Below the pieces are notes generated by a model. It saw nothing but the letters and a program-made list of their open reading frames with translations. It searched no databases and was not told where the DNA came from. The position numbers were made by a program, and so were the translations under genes. From Candidatus Bathyarchaeota archaeon (GTDB lineage: Archaea > Thermoproteota > Bathyarchaeia > Bathyarchaeales > Bathyarchaeaceae), in contig CAVOMX010000018.1 in the NCBI GenBank assembly GCA_963697165.1, positions 1-64,000 on the forward strand: 64,000 nt of DNA, read 5' to 3'. Positions 20,190-30,705 of this stretch are shown here, piece after piece; within the stretch, counting starts at the first letter, position 1; every line of letters begins with the position of its first letter.

Positions 20190-21011
20190 CTATTCTAGTC
20201 TTCTGTAGATTGCTGTGAACAGGAAGATTCCTGCTGCAGTGAAGACTATTACACCACTTGTTGCAACATTGTAGATTGCTGAAAGCAGTATGCCTGTTGT
20301 CATGCTGAACTGTTCCGATGGTTATTGCGACAAGTGTTGTTCTTTTGAATGAGAGATTCATTTGAAGTGCAGATAGTCCAGGCAATACTAGAAGAGCGAC
20401 GACAAGAATTACGCCAATTACTTTTATTGAAAGCACGATTGTGATTGCAACCAGCAAGTTGAAGGCTAAATGACAGCGAACGGACAGGAATGCCAATTAA
20501 CCTGGCTCCTTCTTCGTCGAAGGTTATGGACAGGAGCTCCTTGTAGAATATTCCCAGAATTAGTATTGTTGACATTCCAAGAATAGACACTATGATAAGG
20601 TCTGTTTGGTCTATTGTGAGAATTGAGCCAAACAGAAAACTGAAAAGCTCAACATTGAATCCGCCAGCCAAGCTAATTATGATCAAGCCCGTGGAGAACC
20701 CTACTGCCATCATCACTGCTATTGCAGAGTCAGATTGCGCCAGACCCCTTTCTTCTCATGTATGATATGCCCAAAACTGCTAAAATCGAAACAAGCAAAG
20801 CAGTCAATATTGGGTTGACTCCAAGAAACAGCCCCAAGGCTATGCCCCCAAAGGCAGTGTGCGCTATTCCGTCGCCTATCATCGCTTCTTTTCGTAGTAT
20901 CAGAAAGAGACCAACCCACGCACAAGCCAAGGCTGTTATAGTTCCACCTATGAGCGCATTCTGGAAAAACTGGAACCCAAAAAGCCTGAAAACGTCAATC
21001 AATTCATTCAT
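20190..21011 (-). CDS. znuB: Zn/Mn-type ABC transporter permease (ZnuB-like), frameshifted
   Basis: MIGDGIAHTAFGG, LFGSILT, FDEEGA, GVILVVALLVLP. Confidence 0.88.
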
Positions 21012-21815
21012 CTTCAAACACCCGCTCGCATTTATGTTCATGGAAGACAAAGTGGAAGTGCTCGCCGTAGGCTTTCCTTAGAACCTCATCGGGTTTCAAA
21101 TCTTCATTTATTTCGGCAATGTTAACCAATCGGTTTATGCACATGACCTTGGACATTCTGCAGAAGACCGCTGTCAAGTCATGGGTCACTAACATGATGG
21201 TTATTCCTTTCGCAACATTGAGGTCGCTAAGTTTCTTGTAGAATTTTTCTTGAGTTTTAGCATCCACGCCAACTATAGGCTCATCCAATAGAATTATTTC
21301 GGGCTTTCTTACCAAGGCTTTAGCCACGAAAACCCGTTGTTTCTGTCCTCCAGAAAGTTGTCCAATTCTTCTATCTGCAATGTCAGATATTCCCATGAAC
21401 TCTAGGGCTTCATTCACTGCCTCCCAGTCTGTGCTTTTCAAGGGTCTTCCCAAGTTACCCCTACTTAACTCTACCAAGAGATACAAGTTCTCTTACAGAC
21501 AACGGAAACTGGGAATCAAAATTTACTGCATTTTGAGGAACAAAAGCAATTTTCTCCCAGCTGAGAAAATGATTCTATTTCTTGACCAAAAAGACGAATG
21601 GTTCCTCTTGTTTTAGGTAGGATATTTAGGATGGCTAAAAGAAGAGTTGTTTTGCCTCCGCCATTAGGACCAACTATGCCAACGTAGTCTCCTTGGTTGA
21701 TTGTGAAGTTGGCGTCTTCGATAGCCACAGAATTTGCTCTGTTTACTTGGAGGTTTGAAACCTCCAGCACAGGAGTTTTTTCTTGCATCTCGTTCAATTG
21801 AGTATTATCTGACAT
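21004..21815 (-). CDS. znuC: Zn/Mn-type ABC transporter ATPase (ZnuC-like), frameshifted
   Basis: GPNGGGKTT, LSGGQKQRV, LLDEP, VTHD, C-terminal HEHKC. Confidence 0.9.
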
Positions 21816-21838
21816 TTCATTTCAACTTTCTTATTATG

Positions 21839-22790
21839 TTATGCTTCAAGTCCAATCTTCAGGTTTTCCAAGTTTTTCTCCTGTTGACCAAAATAATCTA
21901 AACCATCCATGTCGCCGAGCATAACGTAGAGCTTCAATATCTGGACATCCTGACCTGACAACCGATTCAGCTCATTCTTGAGGGTTTGGCCGGATTCAGC
22001 GGAGTAAACTGGGTCCACATACACCACGTATGTTTCATGCACTATCATCATTTCTATTAGGTCTGCGTATGTTGAGGCACTTGGCTGCTCGTCTGCGGAG
22101 ATTCCTATAACTCCATGCTGTTCAAAGCCATATCTGCTAGCGAGGTACCCAAAGGCAGAATGGGCAACAAAAATTTCCTCCTTACGTTTAGTTGAGAGTT
22201 CACTTTGGTAGTTGTTGTCTAGTTCTTCGAATCGTGTCTTCAGGTTTTGCCAGCGTTCAGTGTAGTAGTCCATGTGATTTGGGTCCTTCTGGATCAGAGC
22301 TTCGTATATGTTTTGGGCTTGCTGTTTTGCTATGAATGGGCTTATCCATGTGTGAGGGTCATAGATTCCTTCATGCTCATTGCTTCATGATCCTCGTTTG
22401 TTTGTTCTGTTTCTAGAAGCTGTATTCCATCGGTGGTTTCTACGATAATCTTGTTGCTGGAGTCGATGAGGGGAATTACATCGTTCCTTCGAACCAGTGG
22501 TCAAGGGATGCGCCATTGTAGATTATTACGTCCGCTTCGTCTAATGCTAAAATGTCGGCTAATGATGGTTGCCAATTGTGTACTTCGGTGTTGTCTGGTA
22601 TTAGTTGCTTGATTGTCACTTCTTCTCCGCCTATCTGTTGGGCAAAGAATGCGAGGGGATAGAATGTGGCTACAACTTTCAGTTTATCACTTTCTGTTTT
22701 GTTTTGACTTGAATAGAAAACGGTGGCGAAAACTGCCGTTAGGACGATTATTGTTGTTGCGGTCACAAAGAGTTTTTGGCGTTTATTCAT
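21839..22790 (-). CDS. znuA: Zn/Mn-type ABC substrate-binding protein (ZnuA-like), frameshifted
   Basis: VVATFYPL, EVHNWQPS, DPHTWISP in the inter-ORF DNA, HSAFGYLASRYG. Confidence 0.88.
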
Positions 22791-22908
22791 GCGTTGATAC
22801 CTTTTTGCTATTCACTATTTGAACCATATATGTTTATTAAATTTTTGATGTTTTTTAATAAAATATATTTAAGTATACATGTGCAAAGTTAATAACTTGG
22901 TGTGTGTC

Positions 22909-23333
22909 ATGACAATCATCAGCATTTCAGATTCCCGAAAAACTCCTAGAACAAGTAGAAGACTGCAATAAAAGAACAGGGCTTCGCTAACAGATCCGAA
23001 ATTGTCCGGCAGGCTCTAAGATCATACATAATGGAGAGCAGAAATCTAAAAGAGCTTGAGGGAGAAATCTCGGCGTCCATAACAATCATCTACGAAAGAG
23101 GAGCACCAAAGGGACAAATATCCGAAATCCAGCATAGTTTCGGAAACATAATCTCAACATTTCTTCACGCCCACCTCACCGAAGACTACTGCCTAGAGGT
23201 AATCGTGGTTAAAGGAGACGCAGAAACAATCAGAAAACTGGTGGAAGCCTTCCACACCAGCGAATACATCAACCAAATCAAAGTCTCGTTATTAAAAACA
23301 CCAAGAAAATTGACAAAACAAAAAATGGCATAG
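22909..23333 (+). CDS. nikR: NikR-family metal-responsive regulator, frameshifted near the 5' end
   Basis: MTIISIS RHH start, GFANRSEIVRQA, metal site QH...HAH.....CLE. Confidence 0.8.
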
Positions 23334-23589
23334 CTTCACTTCCTTATCGTAGTTCTTAGGATACCCCATCCTGAACTTGGGGTATTTTCCCTTCAGCAGG
23401 GTCTGTTGTTTAAACCTTAAACGCGGTATCATCGTAATTACATCGTTGAGTACAAATTGAAATGCGTAGAAGCGCGATTAAATTTTTAGCACTTTTTTTT
23501 AGTTTCTATTATTGTTAATTGCCCACATGTATGTGTGGAAACCACGCAAGAGCTTGATCATCTACCAAATTCTCGCGAAATTAACTTGA

Positions 23590-23739
23590 TCAACAGCACA
23601 GTCTTTAACGCCAGAAACACTCGAAGCAGAAACACCTGAAGCACCAGTGATAACAACTGAAATAGCCATAATCATAGCTGTTGCCGTAGTATGCATCGTT
23701 GGTTTAGTCAACTTTTGGATAATCGAGAAACGAAAATAA
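23590..23739 (+). pseudogene. Orphan C-terminal anchor of a surface protein
   Basis: TPETLEAETPEAPVITTEIAIIIAVAVVCIVGLVNFWIIEKRK* (linker, TM helix, basic tail), preceded by an in-frame TGA. Confidence 0.55.
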
Positions 23740-23978
23740 CCCCAATTTTTCGAAATTCCTGACTATTCCTCTGTTCTTGTTGGCAACACTGGTGGCTGTC
23801 ATCTTCTACAGAAGACGGCTTAGGTAACATCCAACAATCTGATTTGATTAATCACCAAAAATAATCTTAACCGCTTGAAGTGTCTTCAAAAAGCAATTAA
23901 ACTAGTTTTTCTGGAATCACAAAAGAAATTAAATATAACCCCTCTTTTACTTAACGAAAACTTAGTCCTGAACACTTT

Positions 23979-24947
23979 TTATGACAGTTCCATGGTGCCT
24001 ACAACGCGAAGCTTTCCGCCCTCCAGATACATCAAAACAGCCTTGTCTCCAGGACGGTACACAACATCTTTCTCCAAAATCAAAGTTATCTCTGGTCTGC
24101 GCCAGTCTCCCTGATCGCTAACATATTCAATTTTGCTGTTTAGGAATTGCATCCAGTGCCCCACGTGAATTATCATTCCCGCCTTTAATGGGGCTGACCA
24201 GTATTTGACAAGAGAAGCACGTGACTTTATCTGTTTGGATGTTTTAACTGCAGGGTCGCTTGTCAGCACTGTGCCTCTGTCAACATCTTCTATTTTGACA
24301 TTTTTGAGTGCCATTCCCACCCTATCTCCTTCATATGCCAAGTCAAATTCGTCGTCGTGTTTTTGTATAGAGCGTGGCTGTGTTGTCTTTGTTCCTGGTA
24401 AAACCTTTAGTGTAACGTGCTTCTGGATTATGCCGTCTGCAACTACACCTAAGATAACGGCTCCTACGCCCTTCACGTTGAATGAGTGATCCACGGGCAC
24501 AGTTCCTGAAATTTCACCATTCAACGATGTTGGTTGTTGTATTTTTGCTGCATCAGCTAGGAGAGCCTCTTTTAGGGCATTTGGGTCATCGGCGACAAAC
24601 TCGTAATTTTCAATAATTGTGTCCTTCACGAGCGGTTCAATCTTATCTTTGGGTATATAGTTCCGGAGAACAAAGTAGCCGCTGCTTACTCCACAGCACT
24701 GGAGCATAACAAGAGATTCGCCCAAAGTGGCGTTCAGTTCGTCCACGACAACAATGGCTTTCTTGGCTAAGGAGCATGCATAGAACAGAGGCGCTAGGCG
24801 GTCAGGGTAGCGTGTTGGCTCTATTAATGTTACTATGTCTTCGCCCTTCTTTAGATTGTAAAGTGTGATGTCTGTTGATGTGCCCTTTTTGCCTAAGGCG
24901 TTGCAGTAGTCCAGTTTGCCGAGAACTGAGACCGTCAGGTTTCCCAT
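23979..24947 (-). CDS. Archaeal SelB-like protein (aSelBL) with degenerate GTPase domain
   Basis: GKKGTSTDITLYN, PVDHSFNVKGVGAVILG, RSIQKHD, GDRVGMALK; no GxxxxGKT P-loop. Confidence 0.8.
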   Translation of the reverse strand: MGNLTVSVLGKLDYCNALGKKGTSTDITLYNLKKGEDIVTLIEPTRYPDRLAPLFYACSLAKKAIVVVDELNATLGESLVMLQCCGVSSGYFVLRNYIPKDKIEPLVKDTIIENYEFVADDPNALKEALLADAAKIQQPTSLNGEISGTVPVDHSFNVKGVGAVILGVVADGIIQKHVTLKVLPGTKTTQPRSIQKHDDEFDLAYEGDRVGMALKNVKIEDVDRGTVLTSDPAVKTSKQIKSRASLVKYWSAPLKAGMIIHVGHWMQFLNSKIEYVSDQGDWRRPEITLILEKDVVYRPGDKAVLMYLEGGKLRVVGTMELS

Positions 24948-25041
24948 GGGACGACTTCCTCGTGAATTATCGCATCATGCCGTACGCTGCAGATAAGGGT
25001 TATGGGTGGTCAATTGTCGAATAGACAGCAAAAAGCATTTC

Positions 25042-25551
25042 TTATTTTTGTTTTACTAATTCAATCATGCCACTTTTCCATGCATGTTCTGTCTTTTCTA
25101 TGATTGTTTCTTCATCAAGTTCTGGAAAAATGCCGTGCAGTAATTCATGAAGTATGGTGTACATCAGTTCAAGAACTCCAATTGCTGGAGACACATTCTG
25201 GTTTAGTGTATCTAAGAAGAATTTGTGGGATATGCGCATCTGTCCCTTCTTGTTAATGTGTGCCCCACACTCGTTTTGGCATGCTTCACATGAGCACAGA
25301 TTATAAGAAAAGTATGATGCACGAGTTTTTTGTTCGTTGTCAAGTTGTGGTGTTGAATCTAAAACCACTAATGCAGAGTCGTAAAGCGTTGCCAAAACTT
25401 CTGTTTCGTTGCGTGCAATACTTGAATTGTCCTCTACCAATTTGTATAATGATTCAATATCTTCGTTGATGTCATACTTCTTGCTGTAGTCTTCCCATTT
25501 TTTGTGAAGAAAATCAGCAGCTTCGAATTCAATTTTTTTTAATTTTTCCAC
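25042..25551 (-). CDS. Hypothetical protein with HExxH and Cys cluster (possible Zn metalloprotein)
   Basis: CSCEACQNECGAH and TILHELLHG. Confidence 0.55.
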   Translation of the reverse strand: MEKLKKIEFEAADFLHKKWEDYSKKYDINEDIESLYKLVEDNSSIARNETEVLATLYDSALVVLDSTPQLDNEQKTRASYFSYNLCSCEACQNECGAHINKKGQMRISHKFFLDTLNQNVSPAIGVLELMYTILHELLHGIFPELDEETIIEKTEHAWKSGMIELVKQK

Positions 25552-25637
25552 GTTCCCACTAACTGTTATGTGCTGTCTTGTGTTACATTATCTCTGAGTA
25601 TTGGCTGCTTAATAAATAGGAAACACGGGCTTCTTTT

Positions 25638-25790
25638 TTAACGACGTGCTTTCTCAAGCAGTTCTTTCTCAAAACATTTTGGGCACGTAGAAAAAGGAAA
25701 CGTTTCGCATGAGCCGTCTTCAAGTATAATCTTCATAACATCTTCATCAGTCAAATCCGCGCCGCATCTTTCACACTTTCTTTCACCCAA
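25638..25790 (-). CDS. 50-aa zinc-ribbon microprotein (absent from the ORF track)
   Basis: TTG start; MGERKCERCGADL...TCPKCFEKELLEKARR*. Confidence 0.65.
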   Translation of the reverse strand: MGERKCERCGADLTDEDVMKIILEDGSCETFPFSTCPKCFEKELLEKARR

Positions 25791-26482
25791 AACCTAAACC
25801 CCACAATCTACCAAAACTTTTCAAATCAAGACTATAAACTTAATGCAAACAACCCGCAGTTCCTCGTACGCCTATCGACTCGCTCGCCAAAGGACGAGAC
25901 GTATCCATTGGTTTCTCCTGCTCCTAGTCAGTTTCCTAATATTCGTTTTCTCTCTTTTTGCCAAGGGATTTCATTTTGTTAATAAATTATTATACTGCAA
26001 CTCTAATGATAAAAAAACAAAATGTGGCTAAACTAATATTTTGAATTAGCGAATTTCACTCTATTTGAGAGCCTTTCGGTGTCACGCATCAGGACTCTGA
26101 TATTTTACTTTCGGGTAATCCTGATCTAACATAGCTTTTAGATATGCTTCAAACTCTTCTCTTGAACTTTTTTATAGGCATGGCAATACTATTAAATTTA
26201 GAATGTACTGGACATATACTGCTCATTTCAAGCAGTGACACGTATCTAAAAAAGAAATTTGTGCGTTTCGAGTTTATATTTGAAATAAATTTCCCTAATT
26301 CGTAATATATTTTAAAAATAAATACAGAATTATTTGATGACCTGTGTTAGCAAAATGATTCTTAGAAACAAGAAATCAAAAACTTTTTGCTAGCCTTAAA
26401 CATGGTTGGCATTGTAGCAGAAACAATCAAGGAAATATGTGAATCTGAAAACAAAAAAAGTATAGATTCATGCTTAGACCGT

Positions 26483-26558
26483 TGGTAGCCCGGGGGAGAT
26501 TCGAACTCCCGTCAGAGGATCCAGAGCCCTCCATGATTGACCGCTACACCACCGGGCT
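26483..26558 (-). tRNA. tRNA-Gln(CTG), CCA encoded, no intron
   Basis: AGCCCGG acceptor stem, GAGGG-CT-CTG-GA-TCCTC anticodon arm, GTTCGAAT T-loop, 3' ACCA; 76 nt. Confidence 0.95.
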
Positions 26559-26817
26559 TAGTATTGTCAGTCTGTTAAAGGAAAGTTCTTTTCTCATTAA
26601 TAAATCTCTCACCGCCGGTTTTCAGAAAGAAACTGGATTGAAACGGGGGTTTCTGTACGTATTTCTTCACTTAATGTGAGATAAATGGCGCAAAATCGTA
26701 ATGCTTATATATTAAGACGTAGCCTCAGGGTAAATACGGCGGATTCAGAAGGACGGTTTCTGCGCCTTAACAGGAAGAACAATTCACGTTAATACAGAAA
26801 TTCTCGCCAGAATAATC

Positions 26818-27762
26818 TTGAGGGTAAAAATTACGCAAAAGAAAGGTATTTCCAGAACAACTGAAAAGTGTCCAGAATGTGGAAGCACTAACCTTATCCA
26901 CGATTATGATACGGGAGAAACTATCTGCGGAGGATGCGGTCTGGTTGTCAGGGAACAGATGATGGACAAAGGTCCAGAATGGCGAGCATTCACCCAAGAA
27001 GAAAAGGCATCAAGAAGTCGAGTTGGAGTACCAACATCATATTCTGTTCACGACAAAGGATTATCAACAGCCATAGGACGCGTAGACAGAGACGCTTTCG
27101 GACGAAAACTTCCGCTCTCCACAAGACTACAAATGTGGAGACTCCGAAAATGGCAGATACGATCCCGAGTACACTCTTCAGTAGACAGAAACCTTGCCCA
27201 AGCCATGGCAGAACTTGACCGACTCTCAGACAAATCATACATTCCCGGACCCGTAAAAGAGAAAGCAGCAATCATCTACCGAAAAGCCCTCGACAAAGGA
27301 CTCGTTCGCGGCAGATCAATCGCAGCCATCGCCGCTGCTTCACTATACGCTGCCTGCCGAACAACAGGAACCCCCAGAACTCTTCGAGAAATAGCTGAAG
27401 CCAGCTTCGTGGACAAAAAAGATGTGGCACGTTGTTATCGTCTGTTGCTAAGAGAACTAAATGTCCAGATGCCGATTGCAAATCCTCTAACATACGTTTC
27501 TAAAATCGCAGAAAAAACCAGCATTTCTGGTCCAACGCAGGGTGAAGCAATCAAAATTCTTCATGAAGCTAGGAGAAGACGTGCAGCTGCCGGCAAAGAC
27601 CCTATGGGACTGGCAGCGGCTGCGTTGTATATTGCCTGTCTTTTGAATAGCGAAAAGAAAACACAGAAAGATATTGCTGAAGCTGCAGGTGTAACCGAGG
27701 TTACAGTTAGGAATCGATACAAGAGTTTGAGAAGACAGTTAGGCATAGAGCTACCGGATTAA
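26818..27762 (+). CDS. tfb: Transcription initiation factor IIB
   Basis: CPECG ribbon, GPEWRAF, two cyclin repeats, GKDPMGLAAA, VTEVTVRNRYK. Confidence 0.97.
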   Translation: MRVKITQKKGISRTTEKCPECGSTNLIHDYDTGETICGGCGLVVREQMMDKGPEWRAFTQEEKASRSRVGVPTSYSVHDKGLSTAIGRVDRDAFGRKLPLSTRLQMWRLRKWQIRSRVHSSVDRNLAQAMAELDRLSDKSYIPGPVKEKAAIIYRKALDKGLVRGRSIAAIAAASLYAACRTTGTPRTLREIAEASFVDKKDVARCYRLLLRELNVQMPIANPLTYVSKIAEKTSISGPTQGEAIKILHEARRRRAAAGKDPMGLAAAALYIACLLNSEKKTQKDIAEAAGVTEVTVRNRYKSLRRQLGIELPD

Positions 27763-27989
27763 CCAGTCTCTTCTTTTGTTTGCTCCAGTATTATTGACCC
27801 AGAGTATCCGCATTCTTTGCAGACATACTTTCCAGGAGTTATTCCATACATCCTTGGATACGTGTCCAAGCCTGTGCTAATCACTATCTGATTGCTTCCG
27901 CATTTTGGGCAAAGCTTAGTTGTTTCTTTGCCTACTTTTTTATGTTTCAGTCCTTTTATTACTTCACGAAAATCTGCCAATAATCCCAT
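27759..27989 (-). CDS. Small zinc-ribbon protein
   Basis: CPKCGS...YVCKECGYSG. Confidence 0.75.
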   Translation of the reverse strand: MGLLADFREVIKGLKHKKVGKETTKLCPKCGSNQIVISTGLDTYPRMYGITPGKYVCKECGYSGSIILEQTKEETG

Positions 27990-28009
27990 TTTTTGTTCTC
28001 TCTAAAATG

Positions 28010-28333
28010 TTATTGGACTTCAACATTTGCTTCTGGGTAGCCTTCACGGATAAGGTATATCCTGACCTTGTCTCTGTGGTCGCCTTGAAGAATGATTTCG
28101 TCGTTTTTTGCGGTTCCCCCGCAGGCACAAAATGACTTGAGTTTCTGGCCTAGACGACTTAAATCTGCTTCTTTTTCACTGATTCCGTCGACAATGGTTA
28201 CTGCTTTTCCCCATTTTCTGGTTTCTAAACGCACTCGGATTCGTTGTTGTTCTTTACCGATTTCTTCGCAGACACAAATGTCTGAGGGTAGTCCACATGT
28301 CGGGCAAATTTCAGCCATGATACTCATCATCAT
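28010..28333 (-). CDS. Translation initiation factor aIF-1 (SUI1)
   Basis: CPTCGLP..CVCE, KWGKAVT, CACGGT, LQGDHR. Confidence 0.93.
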   Translation of the reverse strand: MMMSIMAEICPTCGLPSDICVCEEIGKEQQRIRVRLETRKWGKAVTIVDGISEKEADLSRLGQKLKSFCACGGTAKNDEIILQGDHRDKVRIYLIREGYPEANVEVQ

Positions 28334-28513
28334 AGGACACTATTGACCTATATAAAATTTTCAATCTTCTAGATGTTGATTGTTGTTATGATATATAGTG
28401 TAGAATGATATTGTCACTTCAGAAATATTTCAGATTTTTGATGCATGATAGTGACTTAAATAAGTAAAATATTATTTTTAATGAAACAATATAGATGAGA
28501 AAAAGGTAAAAAA

Positions 28514-28887
28514 ATGTATAACCTGAAAACTTTGCTTAAAAAGAATCAGTTTAGAGCAACTGAAGTAATTGGATCATTATTCTTAGTTATCGGAGTAATT
28601 TTCTTCGGATATGCAATATCTGCAATTCAGAAGCGCGAACATATGCTCAACAGCAATACCTTATCCTTTGAATATTCATGGTATACGAAGGATCACTTGG
28701 CTGGTAGAGAAACGCCTAAGTCACAGTGTTTCTTCTTTTGACCGCCCTATTTGTGGAATTAGGCGTCGCTGGTTCGGTTTCTCAGCCACTGTATACCCGT
28801 TTTTATGGCAAAAATGTCCTCAAAAACTTCTCGCAAAAGGTGAAACTTGCTTCTGACGAATTCTTTGAACGACTAAAACTTGACTAA
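28514..28887 (+). CDS. Small membrane protein, frameshifted
   Basis: TM helix in 28514-28741; a second hydrophobic segment follows in another frame. Confidence 0.4.
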
Positions 28888-28927
28888 ACAAATGGTTAGA
28901 AATAAAAAGTTGGATGATCTCCTGTTT

Positions 28928-29167
28928 TTACTGTGGGTGCTCGACCACTATCATCGTTAAGGTTGATCTGACTTTATCTAAACTGCGTAGATTCCAAGTA
29001 ACGATTTCTTTGAGTTTATCCATTGTGCCTGCCTTAACCGTGGCTATAATGTCATAAACGCCGTAAACCATGTACGTCTCTTTTATGGAATCCATTTTTT
29101 TCAGGGTTTCTAAAACGCTATCCACAGCACCTGTTTCGGTAGTTATCAAAACATACGCCATAGGCAT
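28928..29167 (-). CDS. Standalone Lrp/AsnC ligand-binding (RAM) domain protein
   Basis: MAYVLI..E.G...VYGVYDIIA.V...VRSTLTMIV. Confidence 0.88.
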   Translation of the reverse strand: MPMAYVLITTETGAVDSVLETLKKMDSIKETYMVYGVYDIIATVKAGTMDKLKEIVTWNLRSLDKVRSTLTMIVVEHPQ

Positions 29168-29415
29168 AATACAATCTCCAATACATTTCTACCTTGAATA
29201 TAAACATATCAAAATGAGGATAAATACCTTGCCCAACAACTAGTCAAACACAACATAATCGTTAGTCCCCTTTGACCGTTTCATATTATGAGACTAATAT
29301 GGTTAACTAGCAAGCTAACATTTATACTTCATCCGTAGCATACTAAATGTAAAATTAGGAAATTTCTTTTTCTGGCGCAGCTATATAATTTTAGCTTTAC
29401 TTTGTCTTATTCAAT

Positions 29416-30183
29416 TTGAATATCCCAAAAGGCATAAAAACGTTCATACTTATTTCTATTATGGGGGAGACCAAGATTAAATCTGCAAAATTATTGGGTT
29501 TACTTGCTTTGGTAACTTTTGTTACGGTTTTGATTTTTTTATTTGCACAATATCAGATTACTATAATTTTTTCTGTAGCTGCTGTTGGATACCCTCAAAA
29601 TCCGACATATGTTATTATAAATTTCATTTTGATTAGCATCTTTATTTTATTTATTGGGTTCCGAAGAAAACTAGCACGCCTCCCAGCGAGTGTCTATTTA
29701 GCATTCATTATAGCTCTTTATATTGAAATGTACGGTTTTCCATTAACAATGTACTTTTTCACCTGGGCTTTCGGGTCAAGTAGTGTATCCACATTATGGT
29801 ATTTCCTTACTGTAATCACGGGAAAAGAATTATTTTATGCCATATTCATGGGTGTGATAGTACCAACATCTAACCTGATCATCATTACTGGTATTTTACT
29901 GGTTATATTTGGTTGGACAAAAATCTTCAGAGCCAAAACTCAGCTCGTAACAACAGGTATCTACAGTCACGTCCGTCATCCACAATATCTAGGATTTCTG
30001 CTAATAACCCTAGGAATGAATGTTCTTTGGGTCACACTCTCCACTTTGGCATTATGGCCAGTCCTAGCTTTTCTCTATTATCGACTTGCCAAAGAAGAAG
30101 ATAAAAGAATGGAGGAACAATTCGGAGAAGAATTTATACAATACAAAAAAAACGTTCCAAGGTTTATGCCAAAACTACAATGA
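29416..30183 (+). CDS. ICMT/PEMT-family membrane methyltransferase
   Basis: EMYGFPLT, LVTTGIYSHVRHPQY, EE..M...FGEEF..Y...VPRF. Confidence 0.85.
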   Translation: MNIPKGIKTFILISIMGETKIKSAKLLGLLALVTFVTVLIFLFAQYQITIIFSVAAVGYPQNPTYVIINFILISIFILFIGFRRKLARLPASVYLAFIIALYIEMYGFPLTMYFFTWAFGSSSVSTLWYFLTVITGKELFYAIFMGVIVPTSNLIIITGILLVIFGWTKIFRAKTQLVTTGIYSHVRHPQYLGFLLITLGMNVLWVTLSTLALWPVLAFLYYRLAKEEDKRMEEQFGEEFIQYKKNVPRFMPKLQ

Positions 30184-30283
30184 TTATTCTTTTTCTAAGT
30201 GTAAAAACCTAAACGAGTTAATCAAATTTGGAATCTACAAACACATGTACATAATTATTGTGGAATAAATTGACATCTCCAAA

Positions 30284-30484
30284 TTATGTTTTTTCTTCTT
30301 TCAGCATCATTAAACCAATACCTATGAATAGTAATGCTAGAATGCCAGCCATTAAGTATTGATCAATTGCAGGCAAGTGCTCCATCAACGTAAATTCGTT
30401 AAAATAGAAAAGCGCTGTAAAAACGAATATTAAGACACCAATTATTATTAAAATGTAACTAAATAGAAATATTCCCTTCACCAT
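30284..30484 (-). CDS. Small two-TM membrane protein
   Basis: Two hydrophobic helices; AGGA upstream. Confidence 0.55.
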   Translation of the reverse strand: MVKGIFLFSYILIIIGVLIFVFTALFYFNEFTLMEHLPAIDQYLMAGILALLFIGIGLMMLKEEKT

Positions 30485-30705
30485 TTTTTGGCCTTCCTAA
30501 TTGGTTTATTCTATTGTTATGTATACTCAGATCTGAATTTCCATTCTTTAATGTAAAATATGACGATTTGAATTAATAATTAACTGTTAGAACTCGGGTT
30601 AAAATTTTAACCCTGCATTATTTTTCTGTTTTATCTGCTCTTGTTCTGATTAGAAGTTTTTTCCAAAATATGGATTAGATTTTATCCACATTAGATGTGA
30701 CTTAA

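Noticed and set aside
23979..24947. Selenocysteine machinery
   Set aside because: No P-loop in the protein; no tRNA-Sec or selD in the window
25843..26480. Short ORFs next to the tRNA as an integrated element
   Set aside because: No integrase and no duplicated tRNA 3' end seen; the ORFs lack recognisable motifs
26470..26679. 69-aa ORF
   Set aside because: It is the antisense reading of tRNA-Gln
26934..27746. Alternative-frame and antisense ORFs over tfb (likewise over cdhA, feoB, glnA)
   Set aside because: Shadow ORFs of well-supported genes with no motifs of their own
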